The notes under the pieces are model-generated. The model did not search any database. It worked only from the letters and a program-made list of their open reading frames with translations, and had not been told where the DNA came from. Made by a program: the position numbers and the translations under genes. A DNA stretch of 64,000 bases, taken from contig CAXXVS010000002.1 of assembly GCA_963674755.2 (NCBI GenBank), positions 1,472,001 through 1,536,000 on the forward strand. The letters are read 5' to 3'. The DNA is from Desulfobacterales bacterium. Lineage in GTDB: Bacteria > Desulfobacterota > Desulfobacteria > Desulfobacterales > UBA5852. Shown in pieces: positions 57,228 through 64,000 of this stretch (position 1 is the first letter of the stretch; each line of letters starts with the position of its first letter).

Positions 57228-57689
57228 ATGACCCTGCAAAAAATTCTATGGCCGACGGATTTCTCCGAGCAGACCGGGGAGGCCCTCGAGTATATCAAAT
57301 CCTTGACCCGGCGCTATGAAGCGGAAATTCATGTCCTCTACGTGATCGAAGATGTTCAAGGCCCCCCGGACTGGGCGGGTGGCATAGCATCGGGGGGCAA
57401 AGATAACATGCTGATCTGGCATAAAATGAAAGCCCACAAACGGTTGGACCAGATTTGCATCGACTATCTGGAAGACTGCCCTTATTTCGTTCGCCATATC
57501 GCGGTCGGCGATCCGGCCCGGGAAATCCTCAGGCTCGTGGAAAGCGAGCAGATCGACATGGTGGTCATGTCCACCCATGGCGCCAGCCCCCCCTTTCGCT
57601 TCGACAGCGTGGCCGCCCAGGTGATCAGAAAGGCGCCCGTTCCCGTCGTAACGATTCCCCCGGCCAGGGAAGCGGCGCCGGCGGCCTGA
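57228..57689 (+). CDS. Universal stress protein
   Basis: KILWPTDFS, IHVLYV, GDPAREIL, DMVVMSTHG, SVA.QVIRKAPVPVVTI; AAGGAGG RBS. Confidence 0.92.
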   Translation: MTLQKILWPTDFSEQTGEALEYIKSLTRRYEAEIHVLYVIEDVQGPPDWAGGIASGGKDNMLIWHKMKAHKRLDQICIDYLEDCPYFVRHIAVGDPAREILRLVESEQIDMVVMSTHGASPPFRFDSVAAQVIRKAPVPVVTIPPAREAAPAA

Positions 57690-57738
57690 AGTGCGTCAAC
57701 ACAACCAGGCCCAGCCTACGGCCATACCCCGGAGGACA

Positions 57739-59436
57739 TCAGGCGTCCCAGCCGCCCTGTTGGCGTAAGCGCTTGATACGCTCGGCCGCGAGCTTTTGAA
57801 CCGCCAGCTTATCCACTTTGGTGCTGCGGGTGATCGGGAACTCCTCTGTGACCGGCCAGAATTCCACATGTTGGGGCCGTTTGTAGGAAGCGATCTTGCG
57901 GCAGTGGGACAAAACCGCTTGCGGTGTGATGTCTGCGCCGGCCTCGGGCCGCACGTAGGCAAAGACGCCCTCATCGAACAAGTTGTGCTGCATGCCCACC
58001 ACCACCGTTGTGTCCACCCCTGGCATTTGAGCGATATGATTCTCGATTTCGTCGGGAAACACGTTGTAGCCTTTCTGCTTGATCATGAATTTGCGCCGCC
58101 CCGCGAGATAGAGCGCCCGGTAGGTGCCCATATCCTTGAAGCATCCCAGGTCCCCCGTATAGAGGATCCCTTCCCGGGAGATCGTTCGGGCCGTCTCGTC
58201 CGGCATGTTGTAATACCCGAGAAAAACAATGGGCGGATGGTAGCAGATCTCCCCAACGTCGCCATCGGGCAATTCCGGACCGGCCTGACCGTCCGGTTCC
58301 ATGGGGCCGCGGACGCTCACCGCGGCCAAATCCGGGAACGCACGCCCCACCTGTCCCGCTATCTCGTCGAGGGGAATACCCCGGGGGGTGAAGGTGCCGA
58401 ACCCGGCGTTCTCGGTCATGCCGAGCCCCGTGCCGAAAGAGGGGGCCATCCGGGATAGCCTGCGCAAAAAGGGGGTGTCCACGGCCGATCCGCCATAAAC
58501 CACGAATGCCAGACTGCTCAGGTCGTAGCGGTCATAATCGGGATGACGCCAGAGCATGCGGTACTGGGTGGGAATCTGCCCCAAAGCGTTGACCCGGTGC
58601 CGCTCGATGGCTTCCAGAGTCAGCTGGGCGTCAAAGATCCGCAGCAGGACCGTCGTCCCCCCCATGAACATCGCCGTCATAAAACATTCGGTAACACAGC
58701 CCACATGGCTGGGCGGAAGATTGATGAGAATGCGCGGATCCGGCAAGGGATGCATGCCCCGGGCCAGGATCTCGTTCTGGACGATAATGTTGGCATGGCT
58801 CAGCAGGGCCGGCTTGGGATCACCGGTGGTGCCGGTGGTATAGATGATCAGGGCCGCTGTCTGGGGGGTTACCTCGGCGTAGGCCCTGCTCAGCCGCCGG
58901 GTGGCCAGGTCCTTCACTTTCAGCCAGACCAGACGTTTTTTGTCCATCAGGCGGGTGATGCCCACGGCCCCGTTCAGGATGTCCCCCGGTTGAGGATCCG
59001 CTGTAAATTGCACCAGCCAACGAACACCCGGGCACTGTTCCTGGACCGCTCGTCCGGCTGTCCGGAAATCCCGCAGCGGGGTCTCCCCCAGGAAAAAAAA
59101 GGCCTGGGGTGCTATTTTATTGATGTCGCGCACCACTTCGTCATCCTGGAGGCGCACATCCAGGGGGGCCATGATGACCCCGATTTTAAAACAGGCGTAC
59201 ATCAGGGCCATATGCTCCGGCACCAGAACGAGCTGGGTAGCCACCCGGTCGCCATGCCGGATCCCCATATCCAGAAGCCGCAGGGCGAAAAAGTCAATAA
59301 GGGTATCAAATTGTTTATAGGAGAGCGTTTTACCATCTTCGTGCTGGATCATGGCCGTATGGTCGGCCTTTTCCCGGGCCCAGTGACGGATGTAGTCGTT
59401 GAGGCGCGGGAGACGGAGAAACGTCGGTTCAGGCAT
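57739..59436 (-). CDS. Acyl-CoA synthetase / AMP-binding enzyme
   Basis: YTTGTTGDPK, GMTE, YTGDLG, GRRK.MIK.KGYNVFPDEIE, KVDK. Confidence 0.92.
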   Translation of the reverse strand: MPEPTFLRLPRLNDYIRHWAREKADHTAMIQHEDGKTLSYKQFDTLIDFFALRLLDMGIRHGDRVATQLVLVPEHMALMYACFKIGVIMAPLDVRLQDDEVVRDINKIAPQAFFFLGETPLRDFRTAGRAVQEQCPGVRWLVQFTADPQPGDILNGAVGITRLMDKKRLVWLKVKDLATRRLSRAYAEVTPQTAALIIYTTGTTGDPKPALLSHANIIVQNEILARGMHPLPDPRILINLPPSHVGCVTECFMTAMFMGGTTVLLRIFDAQLTLEAIERHRVNALGQIPTQYRMLWRHPDYDRYDLSSLAFVVYGGSAVDTPFLRRLSRMAPSFGTGLGMTENAGFGTFTPRGIPLDEIAGQVGRAFPDLAAVSVRGPMEPDGQAGPELPDGDVGEICYHPPIVFLGYYNMPDETARTISREGILYTGDLGCFKDMGTYRALYLAGRRKFMIKQKGYNVFPDEIENHIAQMPGVDTTVVVGMQHNLFDEGVFAYVRPEAGADITPQAVLSHCRKIASYKRPQHVEFWPVTEEFPITRSTKVDKLAVQKLAAERIKRLRQQGGWDA

Positions 59437-59492
59437 AGGGGCTCCTTTCTGGAAACGGGTGAAACATTCCACAAGCCATGAATGCGCCCTGA

Positions 59493-60392
59493 TCAGGCTG
59501 GCCCGATGTTTTCCGAACAGCGGACAAAAGCCCATCCCTGCTTGATGACGGGTTGCCCCTCCTCACCCAAGACGTCAAAAAAAAGATCGCGGCCCCGCTG
59601 GCCGTCCGAATGCGCCTGCCGGCGGATTCGGATCGTCGTTCCCGGCCGCACCATACCGCTGAAACGGCAGGCCAGCCCTTCCAAACGGCGGGGGTTGCCG
59701 GAGGCCTCACGATTCACGATTTCCCGGGCGGCCATGGCCAGCGTGGCCGTCCCCTGCAGGATGATGCCCGGCAGCCCCACCTGGCGGGCAAACCGGCGGG
59801 AGGTGTGAATGGGGAAAACAATGCCGGTGCATCCGTCGTACAGGTGGGGACGCTCGGGCTCGATATAGACTGTCGCCGCCCAGCCCTTGTCAGGATGGGC
59901 GGGCGCATTTGGAACGACGGGCAGATCGTCTGCCCCCCGGCCGGGGCCGCGGCAGACAACCCCCCGCAGGATGGTGCCCAGGTGTTCGGTGAAAACCGGG
60001 GCATCGCGTTCGTCCCGGGCCTCAAGACCGATCACCACCCGGGTGCCGGCCCGGTGGGGCAGGATGGCGGCAATGCGTCCCTCGATGGTCAGGGTTTCTC
60101 CGGGAATCGCGGGACGATGAAACCGCAGGTGCTCCGTGTGATGAACCTGGGTCAGAAGCAATTCCCGGGGAAAGGCCTCCGTCGGTATATAATCGGCGAT
60201 ATGGCCCAGGATCGGCCAGGTCACCGCCACGGCGAACATGGGGGGTGCCATGATGCCCTGGTCGCGCTCATCGTCGAAGTACGCCGGATTGGGATCGCCC
60301 ACGGCCGCCGCATAGTTCATGCTGTGGCGCCAGTCGATCCCCGTCTGATAAGGCTTCAGCAGAGTCCCGGCGAAATGGTCGTCAAGTTCCAT
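59493..60392 (-). CDS. MaoC-family double hot-dog (R)-hydratase/dehydratase
   Basis: YAAAVGDPNP, APPMFAV, H..E.L.FHRP, FPIHT...A...GLPGIILQGTATL, RFSGMV.PG. Confidence 0.82.
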   Translation of the reverse strand: MELDDHFAGTLLKPYQTGIDWRHSMNYAAAVGDPNPAYFDDERDQGIMAPPMFAVAVTWPILGHIADYIPTEAFPRELLLTQVHHTEHLRFHRPAIPGETLTIEGRIAAILPHRAGTRVVIGLEARDERDAPVFTEHLGTILRGVVCRGPGRGADDLPVVPNAPAHPDKGWAATVYIEPERPHLYDGCTGIVFPIHTSRRFARQVGLPGIILQGTATLAMAAREIVNREASGNPRRLEGLACRFSGMVRPGTTIRIRRQAHSDGQRGRDLFFDVLGEEGQPVIKQGWAFVRCSENIGPA

Positions 60393-60493
60393 CCTGTCTT
60401 CCCGGATCGGTTTCCATTCGATTTTGGTTTGCACCGCAACTTCCGTTTCGCATATCGTCACGCCTCCAGAGCCAGACAGCCGCTCGCAACCCT

Positions 60494-62173
<1,680 letters not shown>

Positions 62174-62309
62174 CTTTTGTCTCCTCGTTATCAGCCGTCG
62201 CCCCACGAGGGGTCGGCCATAATCTGTGATGCGGTGGGTTGAACGCACCAAGCGGTTCTATGTTGCCGCCCGATCGAAATCGCTATCGGGATCGAAATCC
62301 GGTTCTCTT

Positions 62310-62912
62310 TCAGCGCAAAGCGCATCCATGCCCCTGATGGTAAAGCACATAGCCCAGCCAGAGGCTGCCGCTGCCATCGGCCGCCAAGCGACGCTGAAAG
62401 TTCACGATACGCATTCCGCAGGCTATAAAAAGTGACTGTAAGGCGTCCTCCTGCCAGAAGGAAAACACGCGCTCCTTCGGGTCGGTGGCGCTCCCGTGAC
62501 CTTCTTTCAAGGAAAGGTAGACGATCCGTCGTCGGGAGCCAGGGTCCAGGGCAGGAAGAATATTCTCCAAAACGGCCGCCAGTCGATGACGAGGGATATG
62601 CACCAAGGCACCGCACAGCAGGAGGGCGTCCATCTTCAGGACGCTGAAGTCATATGTGCAAAAATCCCCTTCGATGATATCGCAGCCGGCATGCCGGCGG
62701 GCCAACCGGGCCAGGCCCGCCGATCGCTCGAAGCCGGTCACCTGCATGCCTTGGTCCTGCAGCCAGCGCAAATCCCGTCCCGAACCGCAGCCCACATCCA
62801 GAACACGGTCGCCCGGAATCAGATGCCGCACAAACGGCCCCAGAAAGGGCGCCGGATCGATACCGGCCGTGGCATCGAAATAGGCCCGGAAGTTATGGGC
62901 ATAGAAATCCAT
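62310..62912 (-). CDS. Class I SAM-dependent methyltransferase
   Basis: VLDVGCGSGRD, L.H.P, YLSLKEG. Confidence 0.82.
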   Translation of the reverse strand: MDFYAHNFRAYFDATAGIDPAPFLGPFVRHLIPGDRVLDVGCGSGRDLRWLQDQGMQVTGFERSAGLARLARRHAGCDIIEGDFCTYDFSVLKMDALLLCGALVHIPRHRLAAVLENILPALDPGSRRRIVYLSLKEGHGSATDPKERVFSFWQEDALQSLFIACGMRIVNFQRRLAADGSGSLWLGYVLYHQGHGCALR

Positions 62913-62942
62913 AATGCCGATTCGCCACCAGGTGCAAAGCCA

Positions 62943-63767
62943 TCAGCGCCAGATGATTTGGGGGTCGTTCCTAAGCGGCAGCCGCTGATAGCGGTACTTG
63001 GGACGTCCCACCATCATGGCGCCGAAAGGCGCGTGGCCCTCGGGCAGTTCCAAGGCCTCATTCAGGGGCGGCCAGATATTGGCGGCCACATTGAAGTACC
63101 CGCCCCAGCAGGCGCCCAGCCCCATCGAAGCCGCCGCCAGGTCGAAGTAAGTCAGGGCTATGGTGGCAGCAGCCGGAGAAGTGGGGTTGGCCTTGGCGGC
63201 ATGGGCCACAACCAGATGGGGCGCGCTGCGGCAGATGCGGTCATGGCCCTTGTCCCAGGCCTCCACCACCTTGTCCATATGCATGGCCGCGGCCATGGGA
63301 TTGTCTTCCGCAATGAGATGCCGCATCCAGTCCGCCACCAAACCGGCCAGACGCCGGACGTCTGCGGGGGACTGCACCACCAGCCAGTGGACGGGCTGGT
63401 AGTTGTGGCCCGAGGGGGCGTAGCGGGCCGTGTCGATGAGATGGGCCAGGGTCTCCCGATCCAGAACGTCTTCGCGATAGCGGCGGATGGAGCGCCGGGC
63501 TCTCAGGAACTGGGTTACCTGCCGGCGGTCGGGCATATAGGCCTTTTCGATAACCGGACACTGTTCGGAAGCCATGGCCGCATGGCTCAAGGCCCCGTGG
63601 GGGCATACGGCCACGCAGTGGCCGCAGCGGATGCAGCGCTCGGCACCGCCTTCCACCACCGCCGGGGTGCCGTCTTCTCCATCGAGGGTAATGATGAGGG
63701 CCGGGCAGACATCGGCACATATCCCGTCCCGCTGGCAACGCTCCCGATCGACAGTCAGCAATGACAT
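62943..63767 (-). CDS. Nitroreductase family protein with N-terminal 2x[4Fe-4S] domain
   Basis: CQRDGICADVCP, CIRCGHCVAVCP, RRSIRRY, APSGHN.QP, GLGACWGG. Confidence 0.92.
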   Translation of the reverse strand: MSLLTVDRERCQRDGICADVCPALIITLDGEDGTPAVVEGGAERCIRCGHCVAVCPHGALSHAAMASEQCPVIEKAYMPDRRQVTQFLRARRSIRRYREDVLDRETLAHLIDTARYAPSGHNYQPVHWLVVQSPADVRRLAGLVADWMRHLIAEDNPMAAAMHMDKVVEAWDKGHDRICRSAPHLVVAHAAKANPTSPAAATIALTYFDLAAASMGLGACWGGYFNVAANIWPPLNEALELPEGHAPFGAMMVGRPKYRYQRLPLRNDPQIIWR

Positions 63768-63892
63768 GAGGCGAACTCTCCTTCTCTATTCATGTGGTTA
63801 TCGAAGATAACCGCACGGCATGGAATGGTGTTATGACGTTTGACCATAGCGAATCGTGCTACGAATAACAATGCTGGATTGTTTGCCCGTCG

Positions 63893-64000
63893 TCACTCCC
63901 GCGGCCGCTGGCGGTAGCGCTGCTGGGCGGAAAGGACAGCCTTGCGCAGCCGGATGGAGCGTGGGGTGACCTCCACCATCTCGTCTTCGCGGATGAAGTG
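63893..64000 (-). CDS. typA: Translational GTPase TypA/BipA, C-terminal end (runs off window)
   Basis: Manual translation: HFIREDEMVEVTPRSIRLRKAVLSAQQRYRQRPRE*. Confidence 0.88.
   Translation of the reverse strand, partial: HFIREDEMVEVTPRSIRLRKAVLSAQQRYRQRPRE

Overview
This GC-rich, gene-dense bacterial window holds about 50 CDSs and no recognisable rRNA, tRNA, CRISPR array, transposase or integrase. Rubrerythrins, a flavoredoxin-like protein, a ferredoxin and a DUF362/polyferredoxin pair suggest an anaerobe such as a Desulfobacterota/deltaproteobacterium (inference only). Recognisable core genes are gltBD, murJ, aceK-aceB-aceA, trkH/trkA, menA, ettA and the 3' end of typA. Five things stand out. 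(1) An IclR-linked module pairs an internally duplicated KamA-like radical-SAM/PLP enzyme, whose lysine-recognition aspartates appear replaced, with a stand-alone M23-like protein behind a 31-bp double-palindrome operator. (2) A perfect sigma28 promoter precedes a candidate ~100-nt small RNA upstream of an HDOD-GGDEF gene. (3) A full glyoxylate bypass with AceK and a MesD-like methionine synthase occur in an apparently anaerobic host. (4) A family of ~145-bp palindromic intergenic elements includes two copies bracketing aceBA. (5) Two gene remnants are present. All assignments come from visual motif recognition; no searches were run.
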